Assembly (NCBI GenBank): GCA_012416205.1
Contig: GCA_012416205.1_3033.2
Length of the DNA stretch: 64,000 bases
Origin: a phage
Direction: 5' to 3' (one strand)
Below are positions 57,013 through 64,000 of this stretch, one piece after another. A program made the translations under genes and the position numbers. The notes under the pieces are model-generated. The model saw nothing but the letters and a program-made list of their open reading frames with translations, did not search any database and had not been told where the DNA came from. The stretch's first letter is position 1, and each line of letters opens with the position of its first letter.

Positions 57013-57026
57013 GGGGCTTCGGCCCC
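57013..57026 (+). terminator. Hairpin GGGGC-TTCG-GCCCC after gene 37
   Basis: Perfect 5-bp GC stem with TTCG loop followed by a T-run. Confidence 0.55.
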
Positions 57027-57034
57027 TTCTAAAT

Positions 57035-57586
57035 ATGAAAATATATCATTATTATTTTGACACTAAAGAATTTTACAAAGAAGAAAATTACAAACCGGTT
57101 AAAGGACTCGGTCTTCCTGCTCATTCAACAATTAAAAAACCTTTAGAACCTAAAGAAGGATACGCAGTTGTATTTGATGAACGTACTCAAGATTGGATTT
57201 ATGAAGAAGACCATCGCGGCAAACGAGCATGGACTTTTAATAAAGAAGAAATTTTTATAAGTGACATTGGAAGCCCGGTTGGTATAACCTTTGATGAGCC
57301 CGGCGAATTTGATATATGGACTGATGACGGTTGGAAAGAAGACGAAACATATAAACGCGTTTTAATTCGCAATAGAAAAATTGAAGAATTATACAAAGAA
57401 TTTCAAGTTTTAAATAATATGATTGAAGCTTCTGTCGCGAATAAAAAGGAAAAATTCTATTATAAAAACCTTAAGCGATTCTTTGCTCTTTTAGAAAAGC
57501 ATGAGCATTTAGGTGGTGAATTTCCCGCATGGCCTGAAAAAGAACGGAAACCTTGGTATAAGCGTTTATTCAAGCATTACGTATAA
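57035..57586 (+). CDS. 38: Tail fibre assembly chaperone gp38 (T4 type)
   Basis: 183 aa; recognisable T4 gp38 sequence starting MKIYHYYFDTKEFYKEENYKPVKGLGLPAH. Confidence 0.93.
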   Translation: MKIYHYYFDTKEFYKEENYKPVKGLGLPAHSTIKKPLEPKEGYAVVFDERTQDWIYEEDHRGKRAWTFNKEEIFISDIGSPVGITFDEPGEFDIWTDDGWKEDETYKRVLIRNRKIEELYKEFQVLNNMIEASVANKKEKFYYKNLKRFFALLEKHEHLGGEFPAWPEKERKPWYKRLFKHYV

Positions 57587-57589
57587 ATA
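57582..57589 (+). promoter_or_regulatory. Late promoter box TATAAATA upstream of t
   Basis: TATAAATA overlapping the gene 38 stop, 17 bp upstream of the t ATG. Confidence 0.6.
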
Positions 57590-57606
57590 TCTTAAAAGGA
57601 GGGTCT

Positions 57607-58263
57607 ATGGCAGCACCTAGAATATCATTTTCGCCCTCTGATATTCTGTTTGGTGTTCTAGATCGCTTGTTCAAAGATAACGCTACCGGGAAAGTTCTTG
57701 CTTCCCGGGTAGCTGTCGTAATTCTTTTATTTATGATGGCGATTGTTTGGTATAGGGGAGATAGTTTCTTTGAGTACTATAAGCAATCAAAGTATGAAAC
57801 ATACAGTGAAATTATTGAAAAGGAAAGAAATGCACGCTTTGAATCTGTCGCCCTGGAACAACTCCAGATAGTTCATATATCATCTGAGGCAGACTTTAGT
57901 GCGGTGTATTCTTTCCGCCCTAAAAACTTAAACTATTTTGTTGATATTATAGCATACGAAGGAAGATTACCTTCAACAATAACTGAAAAATCACTTGGAG
58001 GATATCCTGTTGATAAAACTATGGATGAATATACAGTTCATTTAAATGGACGTCATTATTATTCCAACTCAAAATTTGCTTTTTTACCAACTAAAAAGCC
58101 TACTCCCGAAATAAACTACATGTACAGTTGTCCATATTTTAATTTGGATAATATCTATGCTGGAACGATAACCATGTACTGGTATAGAAATGATCATATA
58201 AGTAATGACCGCCTTGAATCAATATGTGCTCAGGCGGCCAGAATATTAGGAAGGGCTAAATAA
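57607..58263 (+). CDS. t: Holin T
   Basis: 218 aa (T4 holin length); single N-terminal TM segment and large periplasmic domain; follows gene 38. Confidence 0.9.
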   Translation: MAAPRISFSPSDILFGVLDRLFKDNATGKVLASRVAVVILLFMMAIVWYRGDSFFEYYKQSKYETYSEIIEKERNARFESVALEQLQIVHISSEADFSAVYSFRPKNLNYFVDIIAYEGRLPSTITEKSLGGYPVDKTMDEYTVHLNGRHYYSNSKFAFLPTKKPTPEINYMYSCPYFNLDNIYAGTITMYWYRNDHISNDRLESICAQAARILGRAK

Positions 58264-58536
58264 TTATTTGTTCGTATACATCTCTAGATATCGATATACA
58301 CCCTCAAAACCCTCGTTGAATTCGTCGATGAGGGTTTTCTTATCTTCTTGAGTTAATTCAGAAACAATTTTACGGAATGAATTCTGATTTAATTTTCTAC
58401 CTTCATGCGTTACTCCAATCTCATTCAGAAATGCAATAAAATTAGCACGATTTTCAACAATATCTTCTCTGGAAAATTTAATCAAAATAGACGCAACAGT
58501 AATAATTTCACGAACTGTATCAATGTTTTTATTCAT
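58264..58536 (-). CDS. asiA: Anti-sigma-70 factor AsiA
   Basis: 90 aa; recognisable AsiA sequence MNKNIDTVREIITVASILIKFSRED. Confidence 0.95.
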   Translation of the reverse strand: MNKNIDTVREIITVASILIKFSREDIVENRANFIAFLNEIGVTHEGRKLNQNSFRKIVSELTQEDKKTLIDEFNEGFEGVYRYLEMYTNK

Positions 58537-58548
58537 TAACTATACCAC

Positions 58549-58701
58549 TCAATTAGTTGACTTTGTTATAATATCATCAGACGCTTGATTTGTAAACTGG
58601 TCTGTGTTATTTTCTTCAAAAATTTTTTCTACGAATTCTTTGAACGACTCACGTTCCTGAGCTACATTATGCTCGATTACCTTTTCAAGATTATGACTCA
58701 T
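58549..58701 (-). CDS. 50-aa acidic small ORF between arn and asiA (not in the supplied track)
   Basis: Own translation MSHNLEKVIEHNVAQERESFKEFVEKIFEENNTDQFTNQASDDIITKSTN; ATGA overlap with the arn stop; contains GTTTAC(18)TATTAT early-promoter-like element for asiA (58568-58597). Confidence 0.35.
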   Translation of the reverse strand: MSHNLEKVIEHNVAQERESFKEFVEKIFEENNTDQFTNQASDDIITKSTN

Positions 58702-58976
58702 TCGAAATAATCTTCAATTTCGTAATCATGGACATAAATCATTATAGTTTTTAATACATCATCAATACTTTTTCCTGGAGCTGGAATTACATAAAAATAT
58801 CCTGCTTTTGAGAGGTCTTTATAAGTTCCAACCAAGAAATCGTTATTCTCAAGATGTAGTTCTTCAACTAATTCATTGACAATTGAGTGGTATAAATTTG
58901 GTAGAAACTTATATAGCTTTTCTAGAATATCAATTTTGATTGTATATTGAACCACGGATTGAGAATCAATAATCAT
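58698..58976 (-). CDS. arn: Anti-restriction nuclease Arn
   Basis: 92 aa (T4 Arn length), highly acidic, adjacent to asiA. Confidence 0.85.
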   Translation of the reverse strand: MIIDSQSVVQYTIKIDILEKLYKFLPNLYHSIVNELVEELHLENNDFLVGTYKDLSKAGYFYVIPAPGKSIDDVLKTIMIYVHDYEIEDYFE

Positions 58977-59059
58977 AGACCTTCCCCTTATGTTTCTGTT
59001 TGCGATTAGATTCTTTAAACGCTTTCTTCTTATCCTTATGAACAGAAGCTTTATTAAAA

Positions 59060-59278
59060 TTATGTTTTGCGACTAAATTGTTCATAGTGCTGAATTACCT
59101 CTCTTAAACATTTGCATGTGAATGAAAACTTTTTAGCTACACCACATTCAAATATATGTTCTCTTAAATCACGTGTATCGGTATATCCCATCTCAACAAT
59201 AAAATGCCGTATTAAATTTTTATCTTTATCATTGAGAGAATTAAAATAGTCAGATTTTGAATTAATTTCCCTGGCCAA
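59060..59278 (-). CDS. Hypothetical protein (arn/motA intergenic cluster)
   Basis: 72 aa ORF. Confidence 0.45.
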   Translation of the reverse strand: MAREINSKSDYFNSLNDKDKNLIRHFIVEMGYTDTRDLREHIFECGVAKKFSFTCKCLREVIQHYEQFSRKT

Positions 59279-59558
59279 ATTGAATCACCTTCAGTTGACG
59301 TTTTAATTCTTTTATCATTTCTTCGTTCATCGCAATATAAAGATCGCGTAAAGCAGGTTTTAGCATTCCATTTATTGGAGAACTAAATGGACATACATAA
59401 TCTTTTCCTACAAGCTTTTTGGTGAATTCCATATCACAGAACTTAAATCCCGGCTCATTGGTATAAATTCCCCAATTAGTTGACATCATTTTATTAGCAT
59501 ATTCCAGCGCCTGGATTTGATTCATAATTCCATCAATTTGAAACTTTTTAATATTCAT
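59262..59558 (-). CDS. Hypothetical protein (arn/motA intergenic cluster)
   Basis: 98 aa ORF. Confidence 0.45.
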   Translation of the reverse strand: MNIKKFQIDGIMNQIQALEYANKMMSTNWGIYTNEPGFKFCDMEFTKKLVGKDYVCPFSSPINGMLKPALRDLYIAMNEEMIKELKRQLKVIQFGQGN

Positions 59559-60019
59559 TAGTAAAGGTCCTCAGAGTAAAGTTCTTTTTCACTACCACCG
59601 CGTTCAATACGTACTTGTCCGGCGTAAGTTGCAATAATCATTGCTTCTTCACGTGTCCAATAATTACTATATTGGTCAATAAACCCTTGGTCATCATCAC
59701 AAACTTGCTGAGTAACTAATTGAGGTTTAACTACATCTAAAACTTCTGCCATATCTTTAGAATAATGACGAGCACCTGGAATAATAAGAGTTCGTCCATC
59801 TTTTAATTTAAAACGGTTGGCTGCGCAAACAATTCGTCGTTGATATTTTTGATTTTCGTCCCAATATGCAGACTGCCAACAGATTTCAGGAACTTCTTTC
59901 AGAATATCTTCTTCTGTGCATTTATAACCATGCGCTTTAAATTTTTCAACAAGACTTTCTGGAGTCTCACGAAATAAAGGAACATTCAACATTTTTAAAC
60001 GATTAATAAATGGGTTCAT
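59558..60019 (-). CDS. Hypothetical protein (arn/motA intergenic cluster)
   Basis: 153 aa ORF. Confidence 0.5.
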   Translation of the reverse strand: MNPFINRLKMLNVPLFRETPESLVEKFKAHGYKCTEEDILKEVPEICWQSAYWDENQKYQRRIVCAANRFKLKDGRTLIIPGARHYSKDMAEVLDVVKPQLVTQQVCDDDQGFIDQYSNYWTREEAMIIATYAGQVRIERGGSEKELYSEDLY

Positions 60020-60345
60020 TTAAACCATCCTTTAATACGCTGCCACAAAGTTTTCTGTTGAGCTTTGTTAACACCAATTGAGCGAATAACTGGTTGAGAT
60101 TCCTGGAATTCTTTATAATCAGCAAGGTAAATTTCATAAGCCGCTTGAACAAAAGTACTGATCGCTGCCATAAAGTTCTTGCGAATTCCCATAGAGGCTT
60201 CAGAACCGCCACGGATGATTAAATATTTACCAGTCTTAATCTTTACGATACTTCCAAGATAAGCTCCATGGTACCAGATATCCCAACCCTCTTGAGTAGG
60301 TTCTGCACAACGACGAAGTTCATTGATAATTTCTAACTTGTTCAT
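60016..60345 (-). CDS. Hypothetical protein (arn/motA intergenic cluster)
   Basis: 109 aa ORF. Confidence 0.5.
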   Translation of the reverse strand: MNKLEIINELRRCAEPTQEGWDIWYHGAYLGSIVKIKTGKYLIIRGGSEASMGIRKNFMAAISTFVQAAYEIYLADYKEFQESQPVIRSIGVNKAQQKTLWQRIKGWFK

Positions 60346-60355
60346 TATTTATTCC

Positions 60356-60991
60356 TCACAGTTCAGATGCTACAGCGATTACAGCTTCAATGTTTTCTGC
60401 TGAACGTTTAATGTCAAGATACACATTACCGTTTTTAGCGATTTTACATGACATTCCGATATCAGTAAATTTCTGAATATGATGTTCCATCATTTTGTAT
60501 CCAAAAATTCGCATATTTCCATTATTGTTAATTTCAAAATTACGAATTCCGTGAGTGCGTTTTTCTAAAATAGCGAGATAGTTACTGCGATAAGTTTCAA
60601 CCTTTTTAAGAACAAATCCATTTTCATCTAAAAGTTTTAACATGAAGTCTTTATCTTCTTCCATATCAGAAGTAATCTCACGAGCTTTACGAGTTGCTCG
60701 TTTTTTCAGCAGTTCCGGAGCATTTTCCTGCGCGTATAAAGTTGCTGCGTTTGAAATAATATCCTGAGCTTCACCTGTAATGATTAATCCATCACCAGAT
60801 TTCTCCACCAGGCCTTTTTTAATCAATACCCCAATATTACTATTAACTACTGCGTTACCTAAATCTGGATGCACCTCACGAACTTCTGCAGCTGTAATGA
60901 AATCTTTCTTAGCAATGGTAATTAAAATCGCAGCAGTTTTTTCATTCAGAACATCGTTAGAAGCTTTGATGATGTAAGTTACTTTAGACAT
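60356..60991 (-). CDS. motA: Middle transcription activator MotA
   Basis: 211 aa (T4 MotA length); located beside gene 52. Confidence 0.92.
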   Translation of the reverse strand: MSKVTYIIKASNDVLNEKTAAILITIAKKDFITAAEVREVHPDLGNAVVNSNIGVLIKKGLVEKSGDGLIITGEAQDIISNAATLYAQENAPELLKKRATRKAREITSDMEEDKDFMLKLLDENGFVLKKVETYRSNYLAILEKRTHGIRNFEINNNGNMRIFGYKMMEHHIQKFTDIGMSCKIAKNGNVYLDIKRSAENIEAVIAVASEL

Positions 60992-61032
60992 TTTCTAATC
61001 TCCGTAATTCTATATCAGTAGTTGATAGTTGT

Positions 61033-61113
61033 ATAGTACCACAGTATGCTTTGGTTGTAAACCGTTTTGTGAAAAAATTTTTGAAATAAAAAAGGGAGAG
61101 CCTCAGCTCTCCC
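61033..61113 (-). promoter_or_regulatory. Terminator hairpin plus early-promoter-like GTTTAC(18)TACTAT element upstream of motA (cassette copy B)
   Basis: Hairpin GGGAGAGC-CTCA-GCTCTCCC, T-run, AT-rich tract, GTTTAC and TACTAT; flanks near-identical to copy A at 44723-44804. Confidence 0.5.
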
Positions 61114-61118
61114 TAAAA

Positions 61119-61268
61119 TTACTGCATGACTGTGATAACTGTCATGATAACACGTTGAATTCCGAACGCAAGAAGACCTCCTGCTACGGCTGGAACAACA
61201 CCTAAACCCGCCAGTAAAATGCCACCGGATACTAATGCAGCGCTTGTAATACCAATTAATGGACTCAT
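61119..61268 (-). CDS. 49-aa hydrophobic glycine-rich membrane peptide (not in the supplied track)
   Basis: Own translation MSPLIGITSAALVSGGILLAGLGVVPAVAGGLLAFGIQRVIMTVITVMQ; ATGA overlap with the gene 52 stop. Confidence 0.4.
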   Translation of the reverse strand: MSPLIGITSAALVSGGILLAGLGVVPAVAGGLLAFGIQRVIMTVITVMQ

Positions 61269-62593
61269 TTGATTTCCTCTAAATCTTTAGTGTATTCTGT
61301 AACTACATCAGTAGTTTTCCAATATTCGTTTTCTTCTTTTTTAGCTTTAGCTTCTTCAGCAAGTTTCTTTGCTTCGTCGGAAGTCATATGAAAAATGTTC
61401 ATTCCAACTAGTTTATCAACATAAGAAGAATACATATCAATTTTAGAAAGTTCTTCGGTCAGTTCTTTACGAGTTTTACCTTGTACAACAATTTCACCTG
61501 AAATTACTTTCTTAATGAAATGTGCCTTGGCAAAGGCTAAACGAAATGCCGATTCAGTTTCTTTGATTTTGTTATCAATTCGTTTTTGGACATAAGTTTT
61601 ACGAACTTCAACGAAGTCTTTGATTAAATCAACTACGTTATCGTAAACTTGTAGTTTTCCTTTCTCATTAATAACGGTAATATTCTGGGAACGACGCTCA
61701 ATCAACCCGAAGTCTTTCATGATTTTTGCATGGCGTTCTTCTTCGTTATCGCTCAAAGAGTATTCTTTGCGGAATTTAATTTTAAAGCCAAAACCATGCT
61801 CACCACAAGCATCATCCCATGTAATGAAGCCTTTATCTTCAAGCGGGTCTAAGATTTTACTCACGTAAGTTTCACGATCATACTTATACGGAATCTCAGT
61901 GATATTCATTTGAGTTCGTGAAGTAAACTTGTACGTTCCACGAATTTCATATTGACCGTCAATTTCAACGACTTCACCACGAAATTCTGGGAATTCTACC
62001 TTCGGTTTAGTTACTTTCTTTCCTTGAAGAGCTTGTAATACAGCTTTCTTGACAGAAGAAACGCTATGAGGAAGAATGTAAGTTGCATAACCAGTTGCAA
62101 TACCGGAAACACCATTAAGAAGAACGGTAGGAATAATAGGCAAATAGAAAGCAGGCGGAATGTGTTCTTTATCTTGATGTACCGGAGCATATTCAATATC
62201 TTTATATACGTTATAGAAATTTTTACTTACACGAGCAAAAATATAACGACTTGCTGCTGCTTTTTGGACGGTACGAGAACCAAAGTTTCCTTGACCATCT
62301 AACAGAGGAAAGTTATTATTCCAAGTGTTAGCCATCAAAGCACCTGCGTCTTGCGCAGAGTTTTCACCATGATGATATCCAAGGTCCGCTACACCACCTG
62401 CAATAGAAGCGAGTTTATGAAATTTATCTTTATTTCCTCGTGCCAAATCAAGAGCTCGAGCAATAACAAATCGTTGAACTGGCTTAAATCCGTCAATCAT
62501 ATTTGGGATAGCACGATTTTCAACCGTGTACATAGCATAAGCCAGTGCTTCATTATCAATGATACTTTTTAAATCGCGATTATTCAGTTGCAT
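61265..62593 (-). CDS. 52: DNA topoisomerase II medium subunit gp52
   Basis: 442 aa (T4 gp52 length); type II topoisomerase GyrA-like N-terminal domain. Confidence 0.93.
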   Translation of the reverse strand: MQLNNRDLKSIIDNEALAYAMYTVENRAIPNMIDGFKPVQRFVIARALDLARGNKDKFHKLASIAGGVADLGYHHGENSAQDAGALMANTWNNNFPLLDGQGNFGSRTVQKAAASRYIFARVSKNFYNVYKDIEYAPVHQDKEHIPPAFYLPIIPTVLLNGVSGIATGYATYILPHSVSSVKKAVLQALQGKKVTKPKVEFPEFRGEVVEIDGQYEIRGTYKFTSRTQMNITEIPYKYDRETYVSKILDPLEDKGFITWDDACGEHGFGFKIKFRKEYSLSDNEEERHAKIMKDFGLIERRSQNITVINEKGKLQVYDNVVDLIKDFVEVRKTYVQKRIDNKIKETESAFRLAFAKAHFIKKVISGEIVVQGKTRKELTEELSKIDMYSSYVDKLVGMNIFHMTSDEAKKLAEEAKAKKEENEYWKTTDVVTEYTKDLEEIK

Positions 62594-62730
62594 AAATTTA
62601 CCATACTAGTGAATGTAGTGCCATAATAACATCAGAAATGAAAAGCACGATTTGAATTAATCCGAACATTACTCCATAATATAGTGCTACTAATAAAGTA
62701 GCAAGGGCTAATGAATAGCCCAAGATTTTC

Positions 62731-62889
62731 TTAATCATTAGTAGATAACAACACAAATGTTAAATATGCACACATACCCTGAGCTAAAGCTTGCGAAAAC
62801 ACACTGCTGACATCAATACAGATAGTTAAAACACATGCTACTATCCAACAAATAAATGAAATAACTCCTAATAATTTTGCGATATTCAT
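62731..62889 (-). CDS. Small membrane protein (Ac-like), paralogue 1
   Basis: 52 aa from MNIAKLLGV; hydrophobic with F-CW...C...T...SVF.QA.AQG pattern shared with the neighbouring ORF. Confidence 0.5.
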   Translation of the reverse strand: MNIAKLLGVISFICWIVACVLTICIDVSSVFSQALAQGMCAYLTFVLLSTND

Positions 62890-62899
62890 AATATTCTCC

Positions 62900-63055
62900 T
62901 CAACTATTTTTAGAACCAATGTACGCGAATAATGATAAAATCGCTAATACACCCTGAGCTGATGCTTGCAAAAATACTGAAGTTTCTCCAGTTATTACTG
63001 TTCCGATGCATAAAAAGAACCAACAGAAAAAGGCTATACCGTGAACAAATTTCAT
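62900..63055 (-). CDS. Small membrane protein (Ac-like), paralogue 2 (not in the supplied track)
   Basis: Own translation MKFVHGIAFFCWFFLCIGTVITGETSVFLQASAQGVLAILSLFAYIGSKNS (51 aa); same motif pattern as paralogue 1. Confidence 0.45.
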   Translation of the reverse strand: MKFVHGIAFFCWFFLCIGTVITGETSVFLQASAQGVLAILSLFAYIGSKNS

Positions 63056-63062
63056 ATTTTCC

Positions 63063-63143
63063 TCACTGGCGTCCGAAGACGCCTTTGGTTTTAAGATTGT
63101 TACGATAGAACTGCATCACATGTTCGTTATGGAAATTACTCAT
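63063..63143 (-). CDS. stp: Stp peptide (suppressor of three-prime phosphatase; anticodon nuclease activator)
   Basis: Own translation [26 protein letters not shown] (26 aa), matching the T4 Stp peptide as I recall it; TAATG overlap with the ndd stop; sits between ac-like genes and ndd as in T4. Confidence 0.8.
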
Positions 63144-63586
63144 TAATATGCCTGCAAAACAAATTTAAAGTTATCAGCCAACATACGGTTCATTTCTTCA
63201 AGTGTTTGATACTCAGAATGATGATTACGAGTAAACGCTAAAGCTAACTGACCTTTTCCAAATCCCGTCGTCAGAGGTTTCATCTTAGAAGCAGGAAGAT
63301 AAAATACAGTGTATGCCATATTGTTATTTGCAATAGTACGCGCAAGCTGAGACCGGCGTTGACGAATATGACTTAGAACTGCGCTGAATCCTTGCTTAGA
63401 ACGCTGATTACCCACATAAAATCGTGCGGATACGCATGAACCATCGAATTCATTTACTAAAAAGTAAAATCCAGGTTTAGATAAAATATCTTTATGCGGA
63501 GTTCCCAAAAACCACTCACCACCCTTGATTGTACCAATAACAGTAGCGCCTGCGTTGTTCAGATCAGTAACAGTCATGTATTTCAT
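63143..63586 (-). CDS. ndd: Nucleoid disruption protein Ndd (probable)
   Basis: 147 aa ORF in the T4 ndd position immediately upstream of stp. Confidence 0.65.
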
Positions 63587-63645
63587 TTTAATTTCCTCTA
63601 ATTATTTTCTACTCCAAGGCCGCATGAATACACACGGCCATTAAA

Positions 63646-63861
63646 TTAATCGTCGCAGTCGACGCTCAATTCCCAGAATTCTTCTACGGTGTAAGTTTCA
63701 GTATCATTTTCAATACAGAAACGTTCATTACTATTATTTGCTAAAGTAGCATTAACTGTCGGTTTCTCGCTAGTGCTCTTAAGAGGTGAAATACGAATTA
63801 ACTGATCACCGTTATCTAAACAGAAAATTTCACCAACTTTTACATCTTTAAAACTTTTCAT
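63646..63861 (-). CDS. Hypothetical protein (ndd.1 position)
   Basis: 71 aa acidic, Cys-containing ORF. Confidence 0.45.
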   Translation of the reverse strand: MKSFKDVKVGEIFCLDNGDQLIRISPLKSTSEKPTVNATLANNSNERFCIENDTETYTVEEFWELSVDCDD

Positions 63862-64000
63862 AATTCACCTCAAGGAGTATAAAATCCAAATGCAGTTGTT
63901 GACCATCCCATCCAATATGGGAAATTTGCACCAATGTAAAACATAAGAATATAAAACCAACCGCTCAACAAATTCATCATTTTACACCATTCCAAATTGT

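Noticed and set aside
59060-59085. A 39-aa basic ORF starting at 59085 and overlapping the arn start
   Set aside because: It overlaps the 3' end of ORF 59060-59278 in another frame and has no clear RBS; too weak to report as a gene.

Overview
This window reads as a contiguous stretch of a T4-like (Tevenvirinae) myovirus genome, and I did not find a clearly new multi-gene system in it. Gene order and many protein sequences match the T4 map from the head genes (21, 22, 23, 24) through rnlB, hoc, inh, uvsW, uvsY, baseplate genes 25-26-51-27-28-29-48-54, alt, DNA ligase 30, rIII, 31, cd, pseT, alc, rnlA, denA, nrdB, nrdA, td, frd, 32, 59, 33, dsbA, rnh, long tail fibre genes 34-38, holin t, asiA, arn, motA, 52, stp and ndd. 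It is not T4 itself: td and nrdB are intronless, hoc carries an extra Ig-like repeat, and gp37 is longer than I recall for T4. Plus-strand genes are late structural genes preceded by TATAAATA late-promoter boxes; minus-strand genes are mostly early or middle genes with GTTTAC(18)TAnnAT early-promoter-like elements and GC hairpin terminators. The most interesting material is in the accessory parts: two tandem Alt-like ADP-ribosyltransferases, a HAD-like plus NADAR pair in the 30.x cluster, a 53-bp promoter/inverted-repeat cassette present twice, a lysine-rich small protein beside a 200-bp non-coding tract, and several short ORFs below the 60-aa cut-off of the supplied track (including Stp). All calls come from reading the sequence and recalling T4 biology; no database search or RNA folding was run, and T4 ORF names such as 30.3 or pseT.2 are assigned by position and may be off.
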